DNA from: a virus
DNA length: 64,000 nt
Direction: 5' to 3' (one strand)
Virus record (IMG/VR): IMGVR_UViG_3300034418_007971
Coordinates: 7,489-71,488 of that record
The translations under genes were made by a program, and so were the position numbers. The notes under the pieces were generated by a model. It made no database searches. It was not told the origin of the DNA and was given only the letters and a program-made list of their open reading frames with translations. Below are positions 48,554-57,719 of this stretch, in pieces. Position 1 is the stretch's first letter, and every line of letters begins with the position of its first letter.

Positions 48554-49078
48554 ATGAAAAATCTTCTTTACCTCCTCACCCTAACTATCTTTACTACAGG
48601 ATGTTATCAATACTCAGAACCATCTTACCCGACATTGGATGGCACATATATTCTTCGTAGTATTACGGTTAACTCAACAGATATCCTTGGCTCCGAACTT
48701 ACAGATGAAACACACGATGACCCAATGACCGTTGTCTACCCAAACCCAATCGGTCCTTTGGATACCATGAAAGTAGGTAAAACACGTATTAGTATTAGTG
48801 GTAATCGTCTATATGTTGGGTATTATTTGGAAAATGGTGGTGACCACTGGAGAGAAAATTATGATATTAACATTACACAGGATTTTATTACGGGTCGATG
48901 GATAAACATGAACGTAACATATACACCTGAAGGTATTGATTGGCAGACATACCGTCATTATCTAATTATTGAGGATGGTCTTGAGTATATGGTACTTGAA
49001 TGTCCTAAACAATATGAAGATGGTGTATATGGTAATGAGTATAGTTACTCTCTAACTTTTTATCGAGAAGGTCCATAA
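48554..49078 (+). CDS. Lipoprotein (lipocalin-like)
   Basis: MKNLLYLLTLTIFTTG-C lipobox; 'LDGTYIL' lipocalin-like start. Confidence 0.65.
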   Translation: MKNLLYLLTLTIFTTGCYQYSEPSYPTLDGTYILRSITVNSTDILGSELTDETHDDPMTVVYPNPIGPLDTMKVGKTRISISGNRLYVGYYLENGGDHWRENYDINITQDFITGRWINMNVTYTPEGIDWQTYRHYLIIEDGLEYMVLECPKQYEDGVYGNEYSYSLTFYREGP

Positions 49079-49105
49079 AAAAAGAGGTCTTATGACCTCT
49101 TTTTA
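49077..49105. terminator. Bidirectional terminator
   Basis: AAAAAGAGGTC-TTAT-GACCTCTTTTT. Confidence 0.8.
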
Positions 49106-49624
49106 TTTTAAAAGTTTTTTTATCCGTTCTATATTTTCCATAAATTTCTCAGGATTATCTTTTGCCCAATCTTTAACAAAATCAGGTAAACCTGAGTTAA
49201 CTATTTCTTCATTAACGTTAACTTTAACCTTTTTTGATTCAGTCATAACGTCAGTTACCATAACATCACCAAAACTTATATGTAATCTTGATTTAAGTTG
49301 TGGTGTCGGTGCAACAAAAGTTATTTCAAACCCGTTATCTTTAGCCCATTGTTTAGCTATCTCAGGGTCTAAAATATCTTGTCTTTTTTGTGGATATCTT
49401 TCAGACCATTTTTTAGGTGAAGAAATTACTGAAGCTATTTTATAAGATGGGGTCACAATAATTACCATTTTTTGTACATCCAATCCGAAAAAACTTTCTT
49501 TTCTAAAAATAACTTTACCAAGTAACTTTGTGATAAACTCTTCAAAGTTACTTTTTTCTCTTTCTTTTTTATCTGGTAGATTAAAAGAAGCCGATTCGTT
49601 ATTTATGTGTTTGTTTTTCCCCAT
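49103..49624 (-). CDS. Hypothetical late protein
   Basis: Start MGKNK, just after the late motif at 49628; C-terminal 'ENIERIKKLLK' tag-like motif. Confidence 0.65.
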   Translation of the reverse strand: MGKNKHINNESASFNLPDKKEREKSNFEEFITKLLGKVIFRKESFFGLDVQKMVIIVTPSYKIASVISSPKKWSERYPQKRQDILDPEIAKQWAKDNGFEITFVAPTPQLKSRLHISFGDVMVTDVMTESKKVKVNVNEEIVNSGLPDFVKDWAKDNPEKFMENIERIKKLLK

Positions 49625-49638
49625 ATCTATAAATAGTA

Positions 49639-49941
49639 TCATCTATAATCTGCGTCAGGTAATCTACCCTCATAAATTAAATAATATTCATTTAAAAAAG
49701 ACATCATGTCTTCTTCATCGATAAAAAAATCTTCATCATCAAAATCAAATCCAAAATCGTCACTATCCTCAAATAAATCAGACGGAATAAAATGACTACC
49801 ATAACCAAAATCATTCAGATGGTGAAATTCTATGGTATCTATTCTAACCATATCCTCATCGTCCTGTCTAAGTCTAAACTCTACTTCAACAACATTGTTG
49901 TCTTTATTGATAAAGTTTGATATTATTTCTATAACTTCCAT
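49639..49941 (-). CDS. Acidic hypothetical protein
   Basis: 100-aa ORF. Confidence 0.65.
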   Translation of the reverse strand: MEVIEIISNFINKDNNVVEVEFRLRQDDEDMVRIDTIEFHHLNDFGYGSHFIPSDLFEDSDDFGFDFDDEDFFIDEEDMMSFLNEYYLIYEGRLPDADYR

Positions 49942-49991
49942 GTAATTATACTAAAATTTTATTTATATTACATACAGATATCTAAAAAACA

Positions 49992-50303
49992 ATGAAAAGA
50001 CAAATTTTATTAGATGAATACGAGTTTTCTGACGGAGAACTTAGAGTTGTATTTACCTTTGATAGAAAAGAATACATCGAGGATTATATAGATGAAAATA
50101 CTTTTGAAGATTATATTAATGATTCAGGTCGTTTGGAGTTTTTTGAAGATAGATGGGATGGTTATAGTGAATCTCATTATACTAAAGAATATATAATCGA
50201 TTATTCAGATTGGAGAAATGAATATTGTGAAAATAGTGACATTTTAAATTTTCTTGATTATTATTATAAGACGAATAAAGTTCCTGAACCGATAGAAGAG
50301 TGA
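49992..50303 (+). CDS. Acidic hypothetical protein
   Basis: 103-aa ORF; C-terminus FLDYYY..VP resembles the neighbour's FLNEYY..LP. Confidence 0.65.
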   Translation: MKRQILLDEYEFSDGELRVVFTFDRKEYIEDYIDENTFEDYINDSGRLEFFEDRWDGYSESHYTKEYIIDYSDWRNEYCENSDILNFLDYYYKTNKVPEPIEE

Positions 50304-50941
50304 AATTAATATCTACATCCTTTGATAACGTTTATCTAATTGAAGAACCTTCTTTTGAAGATGAAAGAGGTTACTTTATGGAAACGTGGAATGAATTAGC
50401 GTATTCTAATAAGAAACTACTTAATGATATTCCGTCCCTTAAAGCCATACAAAACGATAATTCGTTATTCTCTACTTTGTTTGTACAAGATAATTTATCT
50501 GTCAGTAAAAAAGGAGTATTTAGAGGATTACACTACCAAGTGGGTAACTTTTCTCAAGCCAAACTTGTTAGAGTGTTGAGAGGTTCCGTTGTTGATTTCA
50601 TAGTTGACCTAAGAGAGCAATCAAAAACTTATGGTAAGTTTGAGTTTTTTGAATTAAACGAAAAAAATAAATTATCCTTGTTCGTTCCACCATATTTTGC
50701 ACATGGTTTTCTATCTTTAGAGGACGATACAATTTTTACATATAAATGTGGTAACTATTATCACAAAGAAAGTGAAGGAAGTGTTAACTATTCCGACAAC
50801 GTAATTAGACACATTCAAAACAATAAAGATACAATATCCGATGTTATTCAACTATTTATACCCTATGAAACCGAAATGGACCTCATTATTTCTGAAAAAG
50901 ACAGGAATGCGCCGAAATTCTTACATAGACGACATGGATGA
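50300..50941 (+). CDS. rmlC: dTDP-4-dehydrorhamnose 3,5-epimerase
   Basis: DERGYFMETW, VQDN.S.S.KGV.RGLHYQ, QAKLVRV..G...D..VDLR, AHGF. Confidence 0.93.
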   Translation: MKLISTSFDNVYLIEEPSFEDERGYFMETWNELAYSNKKLLNDIPSLKAIQNDNSLFSTLFVQDNLSVSKKGVFRGLHYQVGNFSQAKLVRVLRGSVVDFIVDLREQSKTYGKFEFFELNEKNKLSLFVPPYFAHGFLSLEDDTIFTYKCGNYYHKESEGSVNYSDNVIRHIQNNKDTISDVIQLFIPYETEMDLIISEKDRNAPKFLHRRHG

Positions 50942-51110
50942 ATATGAATTATTTTGTCACTGTGAAAAAATAATAGATTCTGTAACTGAAGAAAAACAAT
51001 ATAATTCTACTTTACGTTATATAGAATTATATTATAATAAAACTGAAAACTTTGTCTTATACAATACGTTATTGAGGAAGCTTAATAACAAAAAACCCCT
51101 CTTAAACTGA
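50934..51110 (+). CDS. Small hypothetical protein
   Basis: MDEYELFCHC..., coupled to rmlC and ending at a terminator. Confidence 0.55.
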   Translation: MDEYELFCHCEKIIDSVTEEKQYNSTLRYIELYYNKTENFVLYNTLLRKLNNKKPLLN

Positions 51111-51124
51111 GGGGTTTTGTTTTT
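51090..51124. terminator. Bidirectional terminator
   Basis: AAAACCCCTC-TTAAACT-GAGGGGTTTT. Confidence 0.75.
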
Positions 51125-52139
51125 ATAGGAATTTTTTAAACCTATTAAACATTTCTGTTATTCGTTCTTTATCTTCAATAAATGATTCTTTTAAATCTTC
51201 GTCTATTTCTTCATACATAGAACCTGAACCACATTCTAAACATTCACCTTCCCTCATTTCGCTACCACACTGTTCACAGGTTTCTTTTTCCATAACTTCA
51301 CCTTCATACATAGAACCTGAACCACATTCTAAACATTCACCTTCCCTCATTTCGCTACCACACTGTTCACAGGTTTCTTTCTCATCTAAATGACTTTTTA
51401 TATGGTCATCATACTCGTCGGGAGTTACTTTACCATCTCCATCTTCGTCAAAATGTTTATGTAATTCGTTTTTTGAAATTGTTCCGTTATCATTTTCATC
51501 CGCACCTTCATATAAATCGGTGTCCATAGCACCTTCTGAGTCAAATTGGTAAGCCGGTACCTCATCATCATAATCTGCAGTTATACTACCATCAAACATA
51601 GACATTATTGAGTCAATATCCATTCCGTATGAATCTTCTGAGTATGTCATGTCTTCGTCACCGAATTGGTCTGGACCTCCTGATTCAAAGTCATAAGCAG
51701 CTTCTACATCTGATACATCCATATCATCGGCAGCATATTCTTTAACTTCTTCACTAACACTTGCGTGGTATGCATCTAAAGCTTCTTCTGCGTCCTTTTC
51801 ACTTTTAAAACCATCTCTGAAAATTCCACCTTTTTTGTTATTCATGATTACCCACTCATCACCTTCTTTCTTAATACACCCTGAACCACCTTCAGATTTT
51901 GCACATCCTTTACCTTTCTGTTTGCTGACTACAGACTCATTAACCAAATGATTTCTGTATTGACCCACTTCACCTCTGTTGTTCACAGTAATACCTTGTG
52001 AGTCTGATGGACCTTCGTCCTGTAATAATGGTTGTGGACCTGATGGAATATTACCGGTAGCATATCCGTTGTAGAATGCTGAGTGTTGTTGAAGGATTGA
52101 ATTTTTCTCTTCGTCTGACATTGTAGAATAACCTCTCAT
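51123..52139 (-). CDS. Acidic late protein with EF-hand-like pair and duplicated Zn ribbons
   Basis: DENDNGTISKNE and DEDGDGKVTPDE; CEQCG..M.EGECLECG twice; start MRGYS after the late motif at 52153. Confidence 0.7.
   Translation of the reverse strand: MRGYSTMSDEEKNSILQQHSAFYNGYATGNIPSGPQPLLQDEGPSDSQGITVNNRGEVGQYRNHLVNESVVSKQKGKGCAKSEGGSGCIKKEGDEWVIMNNKKGGIFRDGFKSEKDAEEALDAYHASVSEEVKEYAADDMDVSDVEAAYDFESGGPDQFGDEDMTYSEDSYGMDIDSIMSMFDGSITADYDDEVPAYQFDSEGAMDTDLYEGADENDNGTISKNELHKHFDEDGDGKVTPDEYDDHIKSHLDEKETCEQCGSEMREGECLECGSGSMYEGEVMEKETCEQCGSEMREGECLECGSGSMYEEIDEDLKESFIEDKERITEMFNRFKKFL
51209..51380 (-). repeat. Perfect 79-nt direct repeat x2 (93-nt period)
   Basis: 51209-51287 is identical to 51302-51380; encodes the Zn ribbon. 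Confidence 0.9.
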
Positions 52140-52204
52140 GACTGTTTTTTTATATAAATATGTTTTAGTTACCAAATAATTTGACATTCTAAATAAACAT
52201 TAAT

Positions 52205-52468
52205 ATGTTTAAAACAAAAATGGATAAAACTAAATACTTCGATTTTGCGGAAGGAGCAGTAATGTTAGACGGTTTTGATGACTGTGTAGTCGGTGTCTCT
52301 GAATCTTTCGGAGAAGAACCTCGTCTGATATACTCTAAAATACAAATAATAAAAAAGTTAATGGAGGATATGACAGAAGACGATGCTGTTGAATATTACT
52401 ATTACAATATAGTCGGAGGTTATTTCGGAACACAGAACCCGATTTTTATTCAAGATAATTTGGATTGA
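52205..52468 (+). CDS. Conserved phage hypothetical protein
   Basis: DGFDDC.VG...Y...M...DA.EY..YNI.G...G...PIF. Confidence 0.75.
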   Translation: MFKTKMDKTKYFDFAEGAVMLDGFDDCVVGVSESFGEEPRLIYSKIQIIKKLMEDMTEDDAVEYYYYNIVGGYFGTQNPIFIQDNLD

Positions 52469-52490
52469 TTGATATAAAATCGTATATTTG
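52459..52490 (+). promoter_or_regulatory. Bacteroidota-type promoter
   Basis: TTTG-N20-TATATTTG. Confidence 0.75.
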
Positions 52491-52510
52491 TTTTCACAAA
52501 AGAGAACATT

Positions 52511-52924
52511 ATGACCGTACACGAAATCAGTAACTACTTCAATCAGTGCCCAAACATGGAAAAGGCTTATAAAGAGCACAAAAACATTGGTCGGTTGATT
52601 CGTAGTAACGTATTTAAGCACACTAGCAATCGTCACTGGGATAATATGGACTTACTTTACAAAATCACATATATTAAGGTCAGTCGTAATGATGACTTGT
52701 TGGTCAACATCAAAGTCTCAGGTACTATGGGTCGTTCTTCTTGGCGTAGTAAGGAAAATACTTGTGTTACTGATTACGTTAAAATTAATCACTCAACCTC
52801 TCGTCGTCGTAATGACGATATTCGTCGGGCAGTTCGAGACGATGTTCAAAAGTTTTTCCGTCTTTTCGGTATGGATACTTACAAGATTGAGATTGGTAAA
52901 GTTAAAGTGTGTAAGGAACTTTAA
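52511..52924 (+). CDS. Basic hypothetical early protein
   Basis: 137 aa; CGT-rich codon usage. Confidence 0.7.
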   Translation: MTVHEISNYFNQCPNMEKAYKEHKNIGRLIRSNVFKHTSNRHWDNMDLLYKITYIKVSRNDDLLVNIKVSGTMGRSSWRSKENTCVTDYVKINHSTSRRRNDDIRRAVRDDVQKFFRLFGMDTYKIEIGKVKVCKEL

Positions 52925-55482
52925 AGTTTCATCATAAAGTACCTCAGTGCTAATGGACCTAATTTCCTTAATTCTCGATTAATATTATTAGTACTTAGTT
53001 CTTGTTCCTTATCCTGTAGGTTTCTAAACGCCGCAGATATCATAACCTGTTGTGACTTCTCCGCAAGTTGTAACAGGTTTTCTTTTTCATCTTCATCTTC
53101 AATCTGTTGGTAACTATCCTGTAGTTCTTGTATCTTTAAGTATTTTTCCAAGAAGTCTCTACCACTCCAAGTAAAATCAGGCGATTGCATCATATTAACA
53201 ATACCACTGTCTCTTAACGCTATTAAGAAATTAAAGATGTGACCACCATCATCGGATTGTAAAATCGGTAATAATGGTTTCATATCGTCAATAAAATTTT
53301 CATTAATAGTTGTAATAGATTCAGGGTATGTATCACCTATAGTACCCTCATTCTTATCAGGGTAATCTGAATTTTTTAATATATGTCTCAGTAAGTTCAA
53401 AGAACCAATTCTTTTGTCGTTAGTGTCTACAACTGTCCATGGAACTTCACCTTTAGCTAAATCAAAAACTTTTTCTTTATACTCAGTGTAATCATCCCAT
53501 TTCTCTAAAGACTTTTCATCGTTAGGTGAGAACTTCCAATATTTTAGTGGAGATGACTTCCTTAAGTCAAATCTTTTTTCTTGAGTTCTGGGAGTTATTG
53601 ACAACCAAAATTTATATAAATCCACACCTTTACTAACCAATGACTTCTCAAAATCGTTTACAGTGTTCATAAACTCTTCATATTCCCCTTCTTCACTATA
53701 ACCCATAACAGGTTCCACAATTCCTCTATTATACCAACTACGGTCAAAGAATGTGATTTTACCGGGTTCTATATGTTGTGAATATCTACCAAACCAATCT
53801 TTTCTCTCTTCGGGAGTTGGAATCCCTAATGCAACCACATTGTAGTATTTTGGGTCTAAGTATTTTGTAATGGTTCTAATAGTTGAACCCTTACCTGCGG
53901 TGTCTCTACCTTCAAAAACTACTGCAATAGATTTACCAGTTTCTTTAATATGTTCTTGTAGTTTTAATAACTCAACCTGTAAGGGTAACAATTCTTTTTT
54001 AAATTGTTTTCTACCAATCGAAGATACTTCAGGTTCTTCACCCCCATATACCAACTCGTCTTCAACACTATAATCGTCATCTTCAAATTCTGAGGATTGT
54101 CTTTTACCAATAGAGTTAATTAATATTTCTAAGTATTCTCTGGCGTTCGTCCTTGGGTTACCTGACTTTAGAAATTTTCTTTCTAAGTTTCTTATCACTA
54201 ATTCGTTTATATCCTCGTCTTTTAATTGTGATAATAAATCTTCCATTTCTGAGGGGTCTATGTCGTTACTTCTAAGAACGTCTGATAAGTCTTTTTTAGA
54301 TTCATCCATTTGACCGGGTAAATCAATCAATCCTTTTTCTTTCATAATTCTGGCCAATCTGTCCCCATATAAATCAATAACTCTTTTTAAGAACAGGTCA
54401 GGATTTTTTCTAATATATTGAATTATATCGAATCTAATATTTTTAGCATAACTACCAAATAAATCAGATATTCTATCATCTTTTCGTGAGGAATCTTTTC
54501 TATAATGTAAGTTTTTAATTTCTTTATTAGTTACCTTTGGAAAAGTAATTCTATTGCAGAGTCCCCCTACTTTGTCTTGTGGTATTGAAATAGTATAATT
54601 ACCCTTACCTGATTTGTAATTTTCAATAATTCTATTTATTAGACTGTCAGTGTCAATAACACAATATGAAATATCATCCTCATTTAAAACCGAAAAAACC
54701 CAATTAAGTGACTTAGAGGGGTCTTCTCCAACTACAAAAGAAGTTTTTAACATTAAAATTTTATACTCATCAAACTCACTACCCATATTCATTAAATCTA
54801 TAGGTCTTTTTAAATCATCTATCTCATACCCATCTTCAATAAGTTCTATCTTAGCCGCTTCAAAACCGTTTGATAACGAACCTAAGTCAAATCTTTCTCC
54901 TGGTTGTGTTAATTTAACCGAATAATAGTCTTCACCTATTTTTATATCTTCTTTCCTTTGTGATATTATTGGCTTTCCTCCTGTTAATCCCGCCAATAAA
55001 CCTTCAAAATTAAAACCTCTACCATCTTTATCTCTTTTAAAAGATATGAAATACTCGTAAAATCTAATTTTATCTACTAATCTTTTTAGTGTACTATTTA
55101 AATCAATTCCGTCATTTAAGTTAAAAAATGGAATCCCCTCACTTCTAAGAATTCTTTTTATTACGTTACTTGATGACATCTTTGTTTTAGGAATAGGTCC
55201 GATAGTCGACATTATTTTACTTAATGATGTGGATGTTGCACCAACCTCCTCTTTTATTATGGATTCGTCATCTTTTACCCAAACATCGGTATCACCAATA
55301 AGATTCATAAATCGGTTATTATCCCAGTCAACATAATATATGGGCTCAACACTCCATGGGTCACTACCAACACCTTTTACTGTTCCTTTAGTACCTACAG
55401 TAACCGGTGAGTATGGGTCACTCATAACGATTAGAATGATTCTATCACCAACTTCAAGTTTAGGATTGATTTTTGAATTCAT
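52921..55482 (-). CDS. ppk2: Multidomain protein containing polyphosphate kinase 2 (PPK2)
   Basis: VFEGRDTAGKG, FFDRSWYNR..VEPVMG, K.WL.I, WKFSP.D, PW.VV..NDKR. Also an N-terminal SH3/DUF4314-like domain, a PD-(D/E)xK-like middle region and a C-terminal 'LRDSGIVNM' domain. Confidence 0.85.
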   Translation of the reverse strand: MNSKINPKLEVGDRIILIVMSDPYSPVTVGTKGTVKGVGSDPWSVEPIYYVDWDNNRFMNLIGDTDVWVKDDESIIKEEVGATSTSLSKIMSTIGPIPKTKMSSSNVIKRILRSEGIPFFNLNDGIDLNSTLKRLVDKIRFYEYFISFKRDKDGRGFNFEGLLAGLTGGKPIISQRKEDIKIGEDYYSVKLTQPGERFDLGSLSNGFEAAKIELIEDGYEIDDLKRPIDLMNMGSEFDEYKILMLKTSFVVGEDPSKSLNWVFSVLNEDDISYCVIDTDSLINRIIENYKSGKGNYTISIPQDKVGGLCNRITFPKVTNKEIKNLHYRKDSSRKDDRISDLFGSYAKNIRFDIIQYIRKNPDLFLKRVIDLYGDRLARIMKEKGLIDLPGQMDESKKDLSDVLRSNDIDPSEMEDLLSQLKDEDINELVIRNLERKFLKSGNPRTNAREYLEILINSIGKRQSSEFEDDDYSVEDELVYGGEEPEVSSIGRKQFKKELLPLQVELLKLQEHIKETGKSIAVVFEGRDTAGKGSTIRTITKYLDPKYYNVVALGIPTPEERKDWFGRYSQHIEPGKITFFDRSWYNRGIVEPVMGYSEEGEYEEFMNTVNDFEKSLVSKGVDLYKFWLSITPRTQEKRFDLRKSSPLKYWKFSPNDEKSLEKWDDYTEYKEKVFDLAKGEVPWTVVDTNDKRIGSLNLLRHILKNSDYPDKNEGTIGDTYPESITTINENFIDDMKPLLPILQSDDGGHIFNFLIALRDSGIVNMMQSPDFTWSGRDFLEKYLKIQELQDSYQQIEDEDEKENLLQLAEKSQQVMISAAFRNLQDKEQELSTNNINRELRKLGPLALRYFMMKL

Positions 55483-55547
55483 AAAAAAATACTATTTACC
55501 ATAAATATACTAACAATCCTAATATTTATTGTTGTAATATTAGTTTA

Positions 55548-56174
55548 ATGAAAGTTATCTTAACGGAAAGTCAATATAAGAAATTATTAAAGGAACAATA
55601 CAAGGATAGTGTAAGTAATACCCTATCAAAAATTAGTGATTTTACTTTTAATGTAATTAAAGATGCTTCCAATCAACTAAAGTTCGATTTTAGATTCTTA
55701 TTAACTTATGGTGCAGGAATCGGAGCTATTCTACAATCAGTTTTTGACTATCTACAGGGTACGTTTACTAATTTAGATACTAACCAGATTGCAGGTCTTA
55801 CTGTTATGGCAATAGCAGTTGTATTTTATGAAAATAAAGACTTAAAAGAATTATTAAATAAAATGAGAGGTAATGAATTGTCTAACGCAATTTCATATAC
55901 CGAAAAAATTAAAAATAAATTTTCACATTTATTAAAAGTTTTAGGATTATCAATCCATAGAACATCTAATATAGTATCATATAGCTTCTTAGTACCTGTT
56001 TTGTCTATCCTTATTGATGTTGTGACTAAACATGGTATTGACTCAGAACAATTTGAAATGTTGTTAGAGGCTTTATCTACCTCAGCATTAATTGCAATAC
56101 CAGGTGTTGCGATAAGAGATGTTTTAATTAAAGCGGCTGAGATGGTCGAGTCTAAAAAAATCAGTCAAACGTAA
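55548..56174 (+). CDS. Membrane protein with N-terminal LTESQ tag
   Basis: MKVILTESQYKKLLKEQ plus several hydrophobic helices; late motif at 55523. Confidence 0.7.
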   Translation: MKVILTESQYKKLLKEQYKDSVSNTLSKISDFTFNVIKDASNQLKFDFRFLLTYGAGIGAILQSVFDYLQGTFTNLDTNQIAGLTVMAIAVVFYENKDLKELLNKMRGNELSNAISYTEKIKNKFSHLLKVLGLSIHRTSNIVSYSFLVPVLSILIDVVTKHGIDSEQFEMLLEALSTSALIAIPGVAIRDVLIKAAEMVESKKISQT

Positions 56175-56469
56175 AACTACTATCAACCAGATAGTAATGG
56201 ACATCCATTGCCCAATACATAAATTTTACTTTTCCTTTCTCTCTTTCTTTACCAATTTTTTGTGATTTTTCTTTATCACCCATAACTACACCTACAATTT
56301 TTTTACCTTTAGGAAGGTCTAAGTGTTTGTGAGTATTAATTGATATGGGGGTTGGTTTTTCAAAATCCTCTAATCTTTTGAGTAGTTGTTTCTTACTTCC
56401 ACTGTAAGGTAGTCTACGGTTTTTACAGATGTTTTTTAATTCTACAAGTGATAGTTTATCGTAATCCAT
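56161..56469 (-). CDS. SAP-domain DNA-binding protein
   Basis: LSLVELKNICKNRRLPYSGSKKQLLKRL. Confidence 0.75.
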   Translation of the reverse strand: MDYDKLSLVELKNICKNRRLPYSGSKKQLLKRLEDFEKPTPISINTHKHLDLPKGKKIVGVVMGDKEKSQKIGKEREKGKVKFMYWAMDVHYYLVDSSFTFD

Positions 56470-56492
56470 AAAGCTAATTTAAGGATTTAATA

Positions 56493-56867
56493 TTACAAAT
56501 CCAAATCCTTTCTTAACTGTTCTAAATCACTTTTTAACTTTTCATCTCTCTCTAATGAGTCCGCCGCCTTTTCTAAATCCCTGTCTTTTTTGTTTTTAGC
56601 AGAGTAATCCGTTCCTGTTGAATATGCTTTATTGTGTGAACCTCCACTATCTAAACCTTTCTCTAAACGAATTAATCTTTTATGTAATTCCTTTAAAGAT
56701 TTTTCTACATCAGACCAATCATTAATACTTTGGAGTATAATTGTATCTGATAAGAATTCAGGTAGGTCGTAATCAACAACGTCTGAGGTATTTCCGTATA
56801 AACCTTGCTCAGTAATTAAATTTTTAATCACTTTATTAAACTGAGTTTCTGTTAATTTAATCTTCAT
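56493..56867 (-). CDS. Hypothetical late protein with KIKLTETQ tag
   Basis: Late motif at 56872, only 4 nt from ATG. Confidence 0.7.
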   Translation of the reverse strand: MKIKLTETQFNKVIKNLITEQGLYGNTSDVVDYDLPEFLSDTIILQSINDWSDVEKSLKELHKRLIRLEKGLDSGGSHNKAYSTGTDYSAKNKKDRDLEKAADSLERDEKLKSDLEQLRKDLDL

Positions 56868-56882
56868 TATATATAAATATAT

Positions 56883-57719
56883 TTAATTGTTCTTTACGTA
56901 CCTTTCATTGTATTTTTGAGTCAAGAAATCGGTTAACTCATCAATATCCTCATCACTAAGATTATGTGTATTTCTATTTCTATTAAACCAATCTCTAATT
57001 GTTTTACTAATTGGTTCTTTCCTAAGTTTGTTTACTCTTCTAAATCCTACTAACTCGGCGGGTACCTCATGGGGTTGTTTGTAATATTCTTTACCTTTAG
57101 GTTGTTCTCCACCATCATGTCTTTCTTCTTTTGGTCTTTTCCAGTCCTCTTGATAAATGTGTTCTATCTCATGAGCAACAATATCATTTAAATCTCCAAT
57201 TACGTCATACATAACACCAGGGTAAAAATTAGGATTAATAAGTAGGTCTATCTGAATTGTATATCCCTCATCAACAGTTCTACCGTCAATTTTATATTCT
57301 TCTTCGGACATCGGGTCTAGGTCATAATTAAACTCAATACTAAAGTACGGTATGTTTTTAAATTCATACTCAAACGTATCACCATCTTCTGAAATTTCTT
57401 CAGGTAAATAGTATGTTCTAGTTTCTTTTGTTTTAATAATATTAGTTAATGTTCTAACTATTTCACGAACAGGTGCATCTATAACACTACTCTCAAGAAT
57501 AACACCTTCTAAAAGTAATCTACCTCTTTCTTTTAAATGTTCTTTAATTTGAAATACTAATTCCTCAACTATAGTATTTGGGTTTTCGTCTTCATAGAAT
57601 CCCGTTTTAATTCTAAAATAGTTTTTATTTACTAAAGTTTCAGCATAAGGTATGTTGTTGGTTTTCACAACAACCATTTCCATTATACCGTCATAATAAT
57701 CTTTAAATTCTTCACTCAT
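56883..57719 (-). CDS. HExxH metalloprotease-like protein
   Basis: IVAHEIEHIYQ...YY.QPHEVPA; start MSEEF. Confidence 0.7.
   Translation of the reverse strand: MSEEFKDYYDGIMEMVVVKTNNIPYAETLVNKNYFRIKTGFYEDENPNTIVEELVFQIKEHLKERGRLLLEGVILESSVIDAPVREIVRTLTNIIKTKETRTYYLPEEISEDGDTFEYEFKNIPYFSIEFNYDLDPMSEEEYKIDGRTVDEGYTIQIDLLINPNFYPGVMYDVIGDLNDIVAHEIEHIYQEDWKRPKEERHDGGEQPKGKEYYKQPHEVPAELVGFRRVNKLRKEPISKTIRDWFNRNRNTHNLSDEDIDELTDFLTQKYNERYVKNN

Noticed and set aside
29112-50941. Bacterial chromosome or prophage origin for clpC, ssrA, rmlC and T9SS genes
   Set aside because: These genes are interleaved singly with phage genes, several share phage promoter motifs, and there is no integrase or housekeeping operon context.
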